Part shown: piece after piece, positions 1 to 11,309 of the stretch | How the letters are laid out: each line of letters starts with the position of its first letter | Numbering within the stretch: the first letter of the stretch is position 1 | NCBI GenBank assembly: GCA_016794005.1 | Contig: JAEUKY010000383.1 | Location: 370 to 64,369, forward strand | Reading direction: 5' to 3' | Source: Rhodospirillales bacterium | GTDB taxonomy: Bacteria; Pseudomonadota; Alphaproteobacteria; CACIAM-22H2 | DNA: 64,000 bases | Position numbers and translations under genes: made by a program | The notes under the pieces: model-generated | Database searches by the model: none | What the model saw: the letters and a program-made list of their open reading frames with translations, nothing else | What the model was told of the DNA's origin: nothing

Positions 1-3
1 CGG

Positions 4-1053
4 TTACAGCATCCGGCTCGAGTCCAATTCAACAAACCTGCGCGCGACTTCCTCTGGAAGTGTGCCAAGCAGTGTTGGGTTGGCACGGATGAGAACGCGC
101 TCTCCATTGATGTCGCCGAGAATCAGGCCAGCCTCTTGGCATCTGGCCTTGAATGTCGTGACGTCCGACTTCGGCTGCAGCCAGATGCAGTTTGTTGGAA
201 AATCTCCGGCGGGTATGGCCTCAGGTCCGTCGGCGGAAGAGATCCCACGCATGAACAAATCGCGCCATTCGAGACTGCGACGCCAGTCCGGTTCGAGCCG
301 TCCGATTTCCGCCAGTACGACTGCGGCGATCGGCCAGAGCTGGGGCAATGCGCCGCCAAGGCGGCGGCGATCGTGCTCGATGCCGTCGAGCAGGCCGACC
401 GGTCCTGCAAGGACGGCGCCGAAGGGCAGGCCGAACATCTTCCAGAGAGACATGTAGACCGTGTCGTAGTCAGCGGAGAACTCCGCCATCGTCTTGCCGG
501 CAACGGCCGCAGCGATGGGCAGCCGTGCGCCGTCCAGATGAAGGCCGATCTTGAGCTGGCGGGCGGTCGCGATCGTGTCGGCAAGCAGATCGGCCGGAAA
601 AGCTTCGTTCCGCCGGCGGCGCACCGGTGTTTCAATGCAGATCGCACCGAGCGACTGGGCGACTTTGCCGGTCTTGGCGCTTGCTGCGGCGGCGCGTACC
701 GCGTCACCCGAAAAGCCGGATCCTTGGGATTTGGAGGCAATGGCGGTCAGGCCCATGACGGAGGCGAGCGAATCGCCTGTATCGTTCATCACGTGACTGT
801 CGGGATGCATGAGCACACGGCGCGCGCGGGCGCCGCAGAGGCGGTCGAGTCCGATCATGTTCGCGAGCGTCCCGGTCGGAAAGAGAACGGCCCGTTCCTT
901 GCCGAGTAGCTTCGCAAGTGCGGCTTCGCATTCGCGGATGAGCGGCCCTTCGCCGTAGCTGTCGGGTGCCGCGACGCGGTCGAGGGCCGCTGACAGGCGC
1001 GGTGCGAAGCTCATGTCGGCGTATGCGCCGTCGACTTCCAGATGGATTGCCAT
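4..1053 (-). CDS. PLP-dependent threonine-aldolase-like (beta-eliminating lyase family) enzyme
   Basis: Trimmed from ORF 4..1611 to the internal ATG (MAIHLEVDG...). GTLANM motif and SLWKMFGLPFG PLP-lysine region. The discarded N-terminal 186 aa are Arg/Gly/Pro-rich and overlap the next gene. Confidence 0.7.
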   Translation of the reverse strand: MAIHLEVDGAYADMSFAPRLSAALDRVAAPDSYGEGPLIRECEAALAKLLGKERAVLFPTGTLANMIGLDRLCGARARRVLMHPDSHVMNDTGDSLASVMGLTAIASKSQGSGFSGDAVRAAAASAKTGKVAQSLGAICIETPVRRRRNEAFPADLLADTIATARQLKIGLHLDGARLPIAAAVAGKTMAEFSADYDTVYMSLWKMFGLPFGAVLAGPVGLLDGIEHDRRRLGGALPQLWPIAAVVLAEIGRLEPDWRRSLEWRDLFMRGISSADGPEAIPAGDFPTNCIWLQPKSDVTTFKARCQEAGLILGDINGERVLIRANPTLLGTLPEEVARRFVELDSSRML

Positions 1054-1064
1054 TCGCTGCTCCC

Positions 1065-2576
1065 TCAGAGGCCCGGCCGCTTTCCTGCAGACAGCGCCAC
1101 GGCTTCCGCCGCAAGGCGCTTGCGATCTGGCTTGTTGGTTGCCGCCAGCGGAATCTCGTCCCTGAACGAGACAAAGCGGGGATGGGCGAAGGCCGGCCCG
1201 TTCGCCAGCGCGAAAGCTTTCACATCGGCCTCGGTTGTGGCCGTGCCGGGCGTGCGGACCAGAAAGGCGAAGGGGAGGGTTCCCTTTATGTCGTCGGGTA
1301 CCGGCACCACGCAGGCCTGGTGGACTCCGGGCATCCGTTCCAGCAACCGCTCGACCTCGCCCGGCCAGACATTCTCCCCGCCGACGACGAACATGTCGTC
1401 CGCGCGCCCGACGAAATAGAAAAAGCCGTTCGCGTCCCGCCGGAAGATGTCGCCCGACCGGTACCAGCCGTCGCGCAGGACCTCGGCGGTCTTCGCGGGC
1501 AGGTTCTTGTAGCCCTCCATCATCATCGGGTTGCGCATGTAAAGGACGCCCTCGTCGGGTCCGGGGCCCTCGCGCAGTTCGACCTCGCTGCCCGGGACCG
1601 GATAGCCGCAAGCCAAAGGCGGGCGCGGGATGCCTGCGGGATGGATGCCGAACGGTGCCGGCCCCGCTTCGGTCGTGCCGTAGCTGTTGTTGATCAGCGC
1701 CGTGGTGAAAATCGACTGGACCTTGTCAATCAGCGCCTGTGTGAGCGGCGCCGAGCCCATCGTGACGTTGGTCACCGAAGAGAAATCCAGACCGCCGATC
1801 AGGTCGCGCTCGCGCGCGACGAGCGCCAGCATCGTCGGCACCGAGGTCAGCCAAGTAACCGCGAACCGTTCGATCGCCCGGGCATAGAGCTTGGCATCGA
1901 ATGCCGGCAACAGGACGATGCTCGAGCCAGCAGCAAGGGCACCCTTGATACTGATTGTCGCGTTCATGTGGAACATCGGCGCACCCACGACATAGCGGTG
2001 GTGCGAACGGTCGCCATAAAGCTTGGCCGAGGTCTCCAGCGACCAGCGCTGCGAATCGTGCGACAGCAGCACGCCCTTGGGCATTCCTGTCGATCCCGAC
2101 GTGTAGAGGATCATCGCAAGTTCGCGCGGACCGGGCTCGACCGTGTCGAAAGGACCGGGATTCCGAAGTGCGGCATAGCTCCCGTCATCGAAGCCGAAGC
2201 CGGGCAGGCCGGCCGGCCGCAGCGCGGCGCGCTCTCGGTCGTAGAAGACCGCACGCAGGCCGGAATCGGAAACGATGTGGTCGACCGTCTCGCGTGCGAG
2301 CTTGAACGAGATCGGAACGGCGACCATGCCCGCCCGCATGATGCCGAAATAGGCGTAGAGCAGCTCGAGCCGGTTCAGCGACATGATCCCGATGGCATCG
2401 CCGCGCGCGAAACCCTGTGCCACGAGCCCGCGCGCCACGGCATCGCACTCTCGATCGAGCGCGGCATAGGTTGCCTCGCGCGGCGCGTTCCAGTCGGAAA
2501 GATCGATCAGCGCCGTCTTATCGGGCGAGACCGAAGCGTCGAAGCAGCGGCCGAGATTGCGGGATGGTATGGGCAT
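1065..2576 (-). CDS. AMP-dependent acyl-CoA synthetase/ligase
   Basis: Trimmed from ORF 1065..2891 to MPIPSRNLG. AMP-binding signature YTSGSTGMPKGV, YGTTE and GWYRSGD motifs. Confidence 0.85.
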   Translation of the reverse strand: MPIPSRNLGRCFDASVSPDKTALIDLSDWNAPREATYAALDRECDAVARGLVAQGFARGDAIGIMSLNRLELLYAYFGIMRAGMVAVPISFKLARETVDHIVSDSGLRAVFYDRERAALRPAGLPGFGFDDGSYAALRNPGPFDTVEPGPRELAMILYTSGSTGMPKGVLLSHDSQRWSLETSAKLYGDRSHHRYVVGAPMFHMNATISIKGALAAGSSIVLLPAFDAKLYARAIERFAVTWLTSVPTMLALVARERDLIGGLDFSSVTNVTMGSAPLTQALIDKVQSIFTTALINNSYGTTEAGPAPFGIHPAGIPRPPLACGYPVPGSEVELREGPGPDEGVLYMRNPMMMEGYKNLPAKTAEVLRDGWYRSGDIFRRDANGFFYFVGRADDMFVVGGENVWPGEVERLLERMPGVHQACVVPVPDDIKGTLPFAFLVRTPGTATTEADVKAFALANGPAFAHPRFVSFRDEIPLAATNKPDRKRLAAEAVALSAGKRPGL

Positions 2577-2587
2577 CGTGTTCTCCG

Positions 2588-4063
2588 TTATGCGCCGGCG
2601 GCCATGCGCCCGGCTATCCGCCCGCCGACAAAACTTTCGGCGATATTGCCGCCCGACATGTAGAGATGTCCGAACACGCTGCCCAGCTCGCCTGCGACAT
2701 AGAGATTCGGGACCGGACTGCCAAACGCGTCGAGGACACGCTGTTGTGGATCGTGCGCAAGTCCGCCCTGCGTGTTCGAGACGATCGGCCAGACAGCGGC
2801 TGCCGAGAATGGCGGCGTGGTGATCGGCACCATGCTGCCGGGCGGCCGGCCAAAGGCGTCGTCCCGGCCGGCGGCACATGCCTCGTTCCATGCGGCGACC
2901 GTCCGTTCGAGTGCGGCCGGATCGATGTCGAACTTCGCGGCGACTTCCGGGAGCGTGTCGGCTTGCGTCAGGATGCGGGCATCAAATTCGCGCGGCGTGC
3001 TGTCGCGATATGTCGCGGCTACGCCGGCGTCGTTCCAGGTCGGCGCGCTCAGCGGATAGCGCTCGCGGCCCTTGGCATCGACCAGCATCAGGGAGGGGAC
3101 GCGCGGGAAACACTGGCGGATCGGGTCGAAATGCTCGAGCGCGCGATGCCCGGTATCTTGCATGTAGGGATCGTACTCGTTCATGAAGCGCCGCCCATCG
3201 CGGTCGACAAGGATCCACGTCATCGCGATGTCCTCGCGCAGGCCGTCGGCCGGGTTCCAGTCGGGCAACCGCTTGACGCGCACGCCGAACGGATAGGCCG
3301 GATCAGGATGCCGGAAGCCGTAAGACCCGTGGAAGTGCCACATGTGCCAGAGTTTCGCGCCGGCGGCCTGCCCCATGCGGATGCCGTCGCCGGTGTTGAA
3401 CGCGACGGCGGCCGACAGGACGGGCTTCAGCACCCAGTGCTGGAGCTGTAGGGCCGGATCGGCTTCGAAACCGCCGCACGCGAGAATCACGCGGCGTGCT
3501 GGGATCGGCATTCCGCCGGCGACGATGCCGGCGGCAGCACCATCGGCAAGAACGAGTCGCTCGGCGGGCGTGCCGAGCCGCACCTCGATGCCGCGGCGTT
3601 CGACGTTGCGGCGTACGACTTCGAAAATGCGCGCGCCGGCCGGTGACCCGCGGACGTCCGGGTAGCTCCGGGCGGGATCGAAGCCGGGGAAATCCTCGAC
3701 ATAGGCAAATCCGAATGTCCGGTAGCCGGGCAACGGGTAATTCGCCGGCGAGGGGCGCACGTCGAGCTTCGCACCGACTGGTTCACACAGGGTGCGCGCG
3801 AACTCGGCAAGCCAGGCCATACCCTTCGCAAGCTCGGCGAGAACGGGCTCCGGCGTGGTCCCAGCGTTGGTGGCGATGAGATAAGCCAACGCCTCGTCCG
3901 CGTCTGCAGCAATGCGCAGGCCGCCGGCCGAGCAGACCGAGATGCCGCCAGGAACCTTGCCCTTCTCGACGATCAGCACGCGTGCGCCGGCATCGTGGGC
4001 GGCAATCGCCGCCACGCCGCCGGCAAAGCCGTAGCCCACGACGATGACGTCGTACTGGGTCAA
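2588..4063 (-). CDS. FAD-dependent oxidoreductase (fumarate-reductase/KstD-like FAD_binding_2 flavoprotein)
   Basis: Trimmed from ORF 2588..4951. TTG at 4063 is the only plausible start: LTQYDVIVVGYGFAGG puts the Rossmann GxGxxG 8 aa in. It overlaps the stop of the upstream gene (TTGA). C-terminal NLYVAGE motif. Confidence 0.75.
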   Translation of the reverse strand: MTQYDVIVVGYGFAGGVAAIAAHDAGARVLIVEKGKVPGGISVCSAGGLRIAADADEALAYLIATNAGTTPEPVLAELAKGMAWLAEFARTLCEPVGAKLDVRPSPANYPLPGYRTFGFAYVEDFPGFDPARSYPDVRGSPAGARIFEVVRRNVERRGIEVRLGTPAERLVLADGAAAGIVAGGMPIPARRVILACGGFEADPALQLQHWVLKPVLSAAVAFNTGDGIRMGQAAGAKLWHMWHFHGSYGFRHPDPAYPFGVRVKRLPDWNPADGLREDIAMTWILVDRDGRRFMNEYDPYMQDTGHRALEHFDPIRQCFPRVPSLMLVDAKGRERYPLSAPTWNDAGVAATYRDSTPREFDARILTQADTLPEVAAKFDIDPAALERTVAAWNEACAAGRDDAFGRPPGSMVPITTPPFSAAAVWPIVSNTQGGLAHDPQQRVLDAFGSPVPNLYVAGELGSVFGHLYMSGGNIAESFVGGRIAGRMAAGA

Positions 4064-4815
4064 GTGCCGAGCGCTCGCAGGCCCGCGACCAGCTCGCCGA
4101 CCATCGTCGCCAGCACCGACCGGCCCTTTTCGGCGGTCGCCGCGCGCGGATCGCCGCGTACGCCCGAAACGCTGTGGTCGGGACCGGCGGCAGGATTGTC
4201 GCGGAAGATCGCCGGGACGTAGAAGACCGTATTGGGCTCGTTCAGCATGTTGCCGTAATCCTCGACCGCCCGGTCGAGATGCACGCGCTCGGGTGCGATC
4301 GCCATGACCACCGACGTTTCCATCTCGTCGGCATGCCCGCCCAGCTTCTGGCGCATCAGGCCGCGACTGGCGCTTCCCAGCACACGGATATTGGCGACGG
4401 GGATGCGCACGCCCTTTTTCTCGAGTGTTTCGCGCACGACGACGGTGACCGGCCCCTCGGTCGACACGCCGGTGTTCACGATGGCAATGCGTCGCGCCTT
4501 GTGCCGGATCAGCCCGTCGATAATGTCGTGCAGGACGGCGGCGAAGGTTTCCGGTCGCAGATGCTGGCTGCCGGGATAGCCGACGAAGGCGGGGTAGTAG
4601 CCGAAATCGACGACGGGCGCGACCAGAACGGGAAGCTCCTTCGCAACGCCATCGCACAGCGCCCGGGCGACGAGATAGTCGGTCTGCATGGGCAGATGCG
4701 GTCCGTGCTCCTTCGCGCGCGCACCAATGGGGATCAGGACGGTCGCGTGCTCGATCCGGGCGGCGACTTCCGGCCATGTCAGGTCTTCGATCCAGGCGCC
4801 GGGCGTGACGGTCAT
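4060..4815 (-). CDS. creatininase-family amidohydrolase
   Basis: Trimmed from ORF 4060..5742 to MTVTPGAW. LIPIGARAKEHGPHLPMQTD and GGHADEMETS motifs are typical of the creatinine amidohydrolase family. ATGA overlap with the upstream gene. Confidence 0.8.
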   Translation of the reverse strand: MTVTPGAWIEDLTWPEVAARIEHATVLIPIGARAKEHGPHLPMQTDYLVARALCDGVAKELPVLVAPVVDFGYYPAFVGYPGSQHLRPETFAAVLHDIIDGLIRHKARRIAIVNTGVSTEGPVTVVVRETLEKKGVRIPVANIRVLGSASRGLMRQKLGGHADEMETSVVMAIAPERVHLDRAVEDYGNMLNEPNTVFYVPAIFRDNPAAGPDHSVSGVRGDPRAATAEKGRSVLATMVGELVAGLRALGT

Positions 4816-5903
4816 AGGTAAAGCTCCAGAAAGCGGCGAATGTCGGGTGCCCAGATATGCTGGGCGGTGCTCTCGAACAGATGGCCTTCCCAGGGCAGGA
4901 AGCCGTAGGGCGGATAGATCTTCGACCACACGACGCGCCCGTTGCCGGCAAGCGATGCCGCCAGTTCCCCGGTCGGCCGGATGCTGTAGTCGTTCTCGGC
5001 CTGGATCAGGAAGAGCGGCATCTTCACGCGCGATGCGGCGGCAAGCATCAGTTCGCGCAGCTTCGGCGTATTGTCCCAGTTCATCGCCGCACCGGCGAAG
5101 TCGATCGCGCAGGTGAAACGGTCGGTCTTCGACGCGGCGAGCAGCGTGTTGGTCCCGCCGAACGACGAGCCCATCACGCCGATATGATCGGCACGGATCT
5201 CCGGCATGGCGGCAACACAGTCGAGTGCGGCCAGCACATCCGAGCTTTCGCGGTCGAGCCGGGTGGAGACCTGCTCGTCGTACTCGGGCGTGCCGAACGG
5301 GGCGCTGGCTTCCTCGCGCCAGCCGGGGCCGGGCGAATTCCCGTAGCCGCGCCGGTGCGGCAGGAAGGACGCGATCCCCCACGACATCAGCAGGGCCGCA
5401 CCTTCGGGCCGGCTCACGTCCAGCGTACCCTGCTGGATGCCGCTGCCATGGTTGCGGATCAGGCAGGGGAACGGGCCGCCGCCGGGCGGAAGATAGAGAT
5501 AGCCCGCAAGCTCGCGCCCGTCGGACATGAACTTCACCTCGCGCGGCACGATGGGCAGGCCGTGCAGTTCGACCGGCCGGATGCCGCTTGTAAGCGGCGC
5601 GTCGTCCTCGACGACGACCACGCGGTCGAACGCGTCGATGTTCGTCCCCATTTCCTTGCGGACTGCCTCGAACGCCGGGCTTGCCGCGCGCGCGGCAAGA
5701 TCGGCGGCATGGCTGGCCTTGTCCGGAAAATCGCATTCCCACGTCACGTCCGGCACGCGGCCGGTGCTGCCTTCGGCGCGCACGAAGACGCGCCCGGAAC
5801 GCAGGCCGATGGACAAGCGAACCGCGCAGGCGCGCCGGCGTGTCGCGAGGACGGCTTCGGCCCGTCCGGGTTTGGCGAAGTAGTGCGTGCGTTCGATCAG
5901 CAT
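4812..5903 (-). CDS. alpha/beta hydrolase (dienelactone-hydrolase-like) with N-terminal NIPSNAP/Dabb-like domain
   Basis: Trimmed from ORF 4812..6080 to MLIERTHYF. A ~100-aa ferredoxin-like N-terminus, then a hydrolase fold with the GSSFGG nucleophile elbow. Confidence 0.65.
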   Translation of the reverse strand: MLIERTHYFAKPGRAEAVLATRRRACAVRLSIGLRSGRVFVRAEGSTGRVPDVTWECDFPDKASHAADLAARAASPAFEAVRKEMGTNIDAFDRVVVVEDDAPLTSGIRPVELHGLPIVPREVKFMSDGRELAGYLYLPPGGGPFPCLIRNHGSGIQQGTLDVSRPEGAALLMSWGIASFLPHRRGYGNSPGPGWREEASAPFGTPEYDEQVSTRLDRESSDVLAALDCVAAMPEIRADHIGVMGSSFGGTNTLLAASKTDRFTCAIDFAGAAMNWDNTPKLRELMLAAASRVKMPLFLIQAENDYSIRPTGELAASLAGNGRVVWSKIYPPYGFLPWEGHLFESTAQHIWAPDIRRFLELYL

Positions 5904-5913
5904 CGGGTTTCCG

Positions 5914-6848
5914 TCAGTTCGGGAAATGGCAGCGGACGAGGTGGTTTGCGCGGCGCTCGGCAAGCATGGCGTCTTCGACGCGGCAGCGTGCCTGCGCCTT
6001 GGGGCAACGCGGATGGAAGTGGCACCCGGTCGGCCGGTCCCGCGCGCTCGGAATCTCGCCGGCAAGCGGCGGCGGTGCAACGGAATCCGCTGTCGGCTCG
6101 GGCACGGCGGCGATCAGCGCCTGGGTATAGGGATGGGCGGGCCGCTCGAAGATGTCGGCTTCGCTGCCAAGCTCGACGATGCGGCCCAGATACATCACGG
6201 CAACCCGGTCGCCGACATGCCGGACGGCGCCAAGATTGTGCGAGATGAACAGCATGCTGAGCCCGAACCGCGCGCGCAGGTCGCGCAGCAGGTTGAGCAC
6301 CTGGGCCTGGACCGACACGTCGAGCGCCGACGTCGCCTCGTCGCAGACGACGATGCGCGGATTGGAGGCGAGCGCGCGCGCGATCGCGATGCGCTGGCGC
6401 TGCCCGCCCGAGAAGGCGTGGGGGTAGCGCTCGCCCGCATCCGCCGGCATGCCGACGATCGACAGCATCTCGTCCACGCGCCCGGCGCGAGCATCGGCTT
6501 CGACGCCGGCGGCACGCATCGGCTCGGCGACGATGTCGCGCACGCGCATGCGGGGATTGAGCGAGGAAACCGGATCCTGGAAGACGGCCTGGATCTGGCG
6601 GCGCAGCGGCCGCATGCGGGATTCCTCGAGGTCCGTCACGTCCTGCCCCGCGATCTCGATGCGGCCGGTGGTCGCAGGCAGGAGCTTCAAGATCATGCGG
6701 GCAAGCGTGCTCTTGCCGCAGCCGGATTCCCCGACCACGCCCAGTGTCTCCCCCTCGGCCAGCGTGAAGCTGACGTCCTCGACGGCAACAAGCGGCCGCA
6801 CGCCGCTGCCGAACGTGCGGCCGAGGCCGCTGACCTTGAGCACGTCGC

Positions 6849-6852
<4 letters not shown>
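5914..6852 (-). CDS. peptide/opine-type ABC transporter ATP-binding protein (DppF/OppF-like)
   Basis: Trimmed from ORF 5914..8769 to GTG (VSDVLKV). Walker A GESGCGKST, signature FSGGQRQR, Walker B VVCDEATSALD. GTGA overlap with the upstream ATPase. Confidence 0.85.
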
Positions 6853-7844
<992 letters not shown>

Positions 7845-8717
7845 CTAGCGCCCCTGCAGCTTGGGATCGAGCGCGTCGCGCAGCCCGTCGCCCAGCAGGT
7901 TGAACCCGATGATCGTCGTGCCGAGCGCCAGACTGCCGAACAAGGCGAGGTAGGGGTCGGTGCGCAGTGCGGGCAGGCCGTCGCGGATCATGCCGCCCCA
8001 GCTTGCCTGCGGCTCCTGGATGCCGAGGCCGAGGAAAGAGAGCGTGGCCTCCGCCATGATGATGAAACCCACGCCGACCGACGCACGCACCAGCAGCGGT
8101 GCCGCGATGTTCGGCAGGAGATGGCGCCAGAAGATCATCGCAGTCGAGGTGCCGGCCACGATTGCGGCATCGATGTAGAGCTCTTCGCGGATCACCAGCA
8201 CGAACGAACGCGTCAGACGCGTGATGCCGGGCCACCAGACGAGGGCCAGGGAGACGACGACAGTGAGCGTGCCGGTTCCCATGACGGACGCGACGAGGAT
8301 CGCGATGACGACCTCGGGGAAGGCGAGCATGATGTCGACGATGCGCATCAGGACCGAGTCCGTGCGTCCGCCGACATAGCCCGCGAGCATGCCGAGGGTC
8401 GTGCCAACGGCGAGCGTGATCGCGAGCACGGCGCCTGCGACGAGCAGCGAGGTCTGCGCGCCGGCGATCAGGCGGCTCAGGATGTCGCGTCCCAGCTTGT
8501 CCGTTCCAAGCAGGTTGGGGCTGCCGGGCACGGCCCAGGTGTTGAACAGGTCGGTCTCTTCCGGCGAATGCGGCGTCAGCAGCGGAGCCAGCAGTGCGAC
8601 CGCGACGACGAAAGCGACGATCGTGCCGCCGATGACCACGTTTCGCTGGCGGGCGAGCCGGCGCGTCAGCCGGCGCCAGTCGAGACCCTGGGCAGGCGCC
8701 GCAGCGGCCGGATTCAT
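7845..8717 (-). CDS. ABC transporter permease (DppC/OppC-like)
   Basis: Trimmed from ORF 7845..9467 to MNPAAAAP. Multi-TM binding-protein-dependent permease. ATGA overlap with the upstream permease. Confidence 0.85.
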   Translation of the reverse strand: MNPAAAAPAQGLDWRRLTRRLARQRNVVIGGTIVAFVVAVALLAPLLTPHSPEETDLFNTWAVPGSPNLLGTDKLGRDILSRLIAGAQTSLLVAGAVLAITLAVGTTLGMLAGYVGGRTDSVLMRIVDIMLAFPEVVIAILVASVMGTGTLTVVVSLALVWWPGITRLTRSFVLVIREELYIDAAIVAGTSTAMIFWRHLLPNIAAPLLVRASVGVGFIIMAEATLSFLGLGIQEPQASWGGMIRDGLPALRTDPYLALFGSLALGTTIIGFNLLGDGLRDALDPKLQGR

Positions 8718-9652
8718 GCCGGAACCATGCGCTGGCGGATGCGCGGATCGATGATCGCGTAGGCGACATCGACCAGCAGATTGATCAGCACGAAGAAGGC
8801 GGTGAACAGCATGACGATGGCCATCGCGACCGGATAGTCGCGCGCGAATACCGAATCGATCGCCATCCGGCCGAGCCCCGGAATGTTGAAGATCGTCTCG
8901 ACGACGAACGTGCCGCTGATGAGCCCGCCGAAGATGATCCCCATCGAGGTGAGCAGCGGGACCATGATGTTGCGCAACGCATGGCGCAGGATCACGACCG
9001 GTTCGCTCAGGCCCTTCGCCCGGGCCGTGCGGATGTAATCCTGCCCGAGCACTTCCAGCATGAAGGTGCGGGTGAGGCGGGCGATATAGGCCGCACTCGG
9101 GATCGTCAGGATCAGGACCGGCAGCACCGTCTGGTCGAGGCGGCCCCAGCCGGCGACCGGCAGAACGCCGAGCTTGATCGCGAACGCATAGACGAGAAAC
9201 GTCGCGACGGCGAAATTCGGGATCGACAGGCCGGCGACGAGCACGAGGATGATCGCCGTGTCGGTCGCCGTGTTGCGCCGGATTGCCGCGATCACGCCGG
9301 CAAGCGTGCCGACAGACGCGCCGAGGCCGAGTGCGGCCAGCGCAAGCAGCGGGCTGATCTTCAGCCCGTCCTGAAGCACCTCGACGACGGGGATCCGGAC
9401 ATATCGGTACGACATCCCGAAATCGCCGGTCAGGATCCCGCCCACATAGACGGCGAACTGCTTCCACATCGGCCGGTCGAGGCCGTACTCGGCGCGGAGC
9501 CGGGCGGCCATCTCCTCGTTCGAGGAGTGGTCGCCCAGCATCACCATGACGGGATCGCCCGGCAGCGCGTAGGTGGCAAGAAAGGTCGCGACCAGCACCA
9601 CCGCAAGCACGGGCACGATCATGACCAGCCGCCAGACGACGAACCGCAGCAT
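8714..9652 (-). CDS. ABC transporter permease (DppB/OppB-like)
   Basis: ORF as given. Hydrophobic 6-TM protein with a DppB-type N-terminus (MLRFVVWRL...). Confidence 0.9.
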   Translation of the reverse strand: MLRFVVWRLVMIVPVLAVVLVATFLATYALPGDPVMVMLGDHSSNEEMAARLRAEYGLDRPMWKQFAVYVGGILTGDFGMSYRYVRIPVVEVLQDGLKISPLLALAALGLGASVGTLAGVIAAIRRNTATDTAIILVLVAGLSIPNFAVATFLVYAFAIKLGVLPVAGWGRLDQTVLPVLILTIPSAAYIARLTRTFMLEVLGQDYIRTARAKGLSEPVVILRHALRNIMVPLLTSMGIIFGGLISGTFVVETIFNIPGLGRMAIDSVFARDYPVAMAIVMLFTAFFVLINLLVDVAYAIIDPRIRQRMVPA

Positions 9653-9667
9653 GTGCGGTTTACACCC

Positions 9668-11212
9668 TTACTTGATCTCCGTCGCTATGAAGCGGTCGAA
9701 TCCGAAGGGCGTGATGGAGGCGTTGGTCACGTTCGGCTTGATGAGCGCCACGTTTGCCGGCATGGGCAGCGGTGCCGCACCCATGTCTTCGATGTAGACC
9801 ATCTCGGCCTGCCGGTAGAGGGCGAAGCGCTTCTCGTTGTCGACCGTCCCGACGGCCTCGTCGATCAGCGCGTCGTACTTGGCGTTGCTCCAGCGTCCCC
9901 GGTTATAGGGGCTCTTCGAGTGCCACATCTGCTGGAGATAGTACATCGCGTCCGGATAACCCGACGTCCAGCCCCAGGGGAAGAATGCGATCTCGCCGGC
10001 GTTCATCCCGCGGATGAAGGTGGCACGCTCCGCGACGTTGACGTTGACCTGCATGCCAAGCGTGCGGTTGAGCTCGTTGGCATAGTAGGTGAGCTCGTCC
10101 TTGAAGACGGCCGTGCAGGTGATGTCGATCGGCGGCAACCCCCGGCCGCCCGGATATCCCGCCTCGGCAAGCAGCTTCTTGGCGCCTTCCGGATCGTATT
10201 TCGGCTTGGGCAGGTCGGCGAAGTAGCCGGCCACGCCGGGCGTCGTGACGCCGTGGAGCTGGAAGGCGGCGTTGTCGTAGAAGCCCCGGATCATCGCGTC
10301 GCGGTTGATCGCCATCGAGATCGCCTCGCGCACGCGCTTGTCCTTGAACGGCGCGTAGACGTTGGCGTTCATGCCGAGATAGCGCGACTGCGCGCGCGGC
10401 ACGACATGGCGCTCCTTCTGCTTGCTGGCGTCGCGCATCACGCGGCGCAGCGTGTTCTCCTGCACGTCGAGGAAGTCGAGTTCGCCCGCCTCGTACTGCG
10501 AGAGCGCCGTGTCGCCGCTGGGGATGACGAGGAAGCGGATGCCGTCGATCTTCGGTGAGCCGGCCCAGTACGCCTTGTTCGCCTCGATCTCGACATGCAC
10601 GCCGCGGCGCCATTCCTTGAACTTGTAGGGGCCGGTGCCGGCCGACACGGTGCGGACCCAGTCCGCGCCTTTTTCCGCGACGATGCCCGAATCCATGAAC
10701 CAGATCGGATAAATCGGGAACAGCACGTCGGGTTTTGTGAAGCGCACTTCGATCGTGTGGTCGTCGACGATCTTGATGCCGGAAAGTTCCTTGGTCGTCC
10801 CGGCCTTGACCTCGGCGACGCCCACGATGTTCGCGACATAGCCGGCACCCAAGCCCGCCTTGGTGTCGGGGGCGGCGAGCTGCTCCATCGTGTATTTCAC
10901 GTCCTTGGCCGTGAAGGCCCGGCCGCTGTGGAACTTGACGTTCTTGCGCAGATTGAAGCGGAATCCGTGCTCGCCCGGCAGGGCGGTCCAGGATTCGGCC
11001 AGCACGTTGATGATCTTGCCGTCCGGCGTGTAGTCCGTGAATCCTTCATAGACGTTGCGGATGACGCGGCCGGCGATGATCTCGGAATAGGTAATCGGAT
11101 CCATCATGGCCGGATCGCCGGTGACGTTGATCCGGAGCGTCTTCGCGTCGACCGGGGTGGTCAGTGCCAGGCCCGCCAGCATGACGGCAAACGCGCTGCT
11201 GATGTACTTCAT
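9668..11212 (-). CDS. ABC transporter substrate-binding protein, family 5 (DppA/OppA-like)
   Basis: ORF 9668..11266 trimmed to the third ATG. MKYISSAFAVMLAGLALTTPVDA is a signal peptide, and AAGGAGA lies 7 nt upstream. Confidence 0.85.
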   Translation of the reverse strand: MKYISSAFAVMLAGLALTTPVDAKTLRINVTGDPAMMDPITYSEIIAGRVIRNVYEGFTDYTPDGKIINVLAESWTALPGEHGFRFNLRKNVKFHSGRAFTAKDVKYTMEQLAAPDTKAGLGAGYVANIVGVAEVKAGTTKELSGIKIVDDHTIEVRFTKPDVLFPIYPIWFMDSGIVAEKGADWVRTVSAGTGPYKFKEWRRGVHVEIEANKAYWAGSPKIDGIRFLVIPSGDTALSQYEAGELDFLDVQENTLRRVMRDASKQKERHVVPRAQSRYLGMNANVYAPFKDKRVREAISMAINRDAMIRGFYDNAAFQLHGVTTPGVAGYFADLPKPKYDPEGAKKLLAEAGYPGGRGLPPIDITCTAVFKDELTYYANELNRTLGMQVNVNVAERATFIRGMNAGEIAFFPWGWTSGYPDAMYYLQQMWHSKSPYNRGRWSNAKYDALIDEAVGTVDNEKRFALYRQAEMVYIEDMGAAPLPMPANVALIKPNVTNASITPFGFDRFIATEIK

Positions 11213-11309
11213 CGCCATTCTCCTTGCGCGTCCGGCACGGGGGCGCCGGAAACTCGTTAGGCGCAAATACTGCGTCCTATTGTGCGGTGCGTCAACGCGC
11301 TCCTGAAGG

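Noticed and set aside
966-2663. Long alternate-frame and antisense ORFs throughout the window. Examples: 966..2663 +, 5887..7095 +, 8981..10558 +, 17863..19140 -, 42046..43002 -, 50987..52630 -, 60205..61392 -, 61976..63943 -.
   Set aside because: Each lies entirely inside or opposite a gene with clear family motifs. Their translations are Arg/Gly/Pro/Ala-rich low-complexity strings, as expected from stop-poor frames in GC-rich DNA.
2588-4951. Very long N-terminal extensions in the ORF track. Examples: 4..1611, 1065..2891, 2588..4951, 4060..5742, 5914..8769, 7845..9467, 16058..17578, 33018..34742.
   Set aside because: The extensions overlap the upstream gene and are compositionally aberrant. 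Internal starts give family-typical N-termini and characteristic 4-nt start/stop overlaps, so the CDSs were trimmed.
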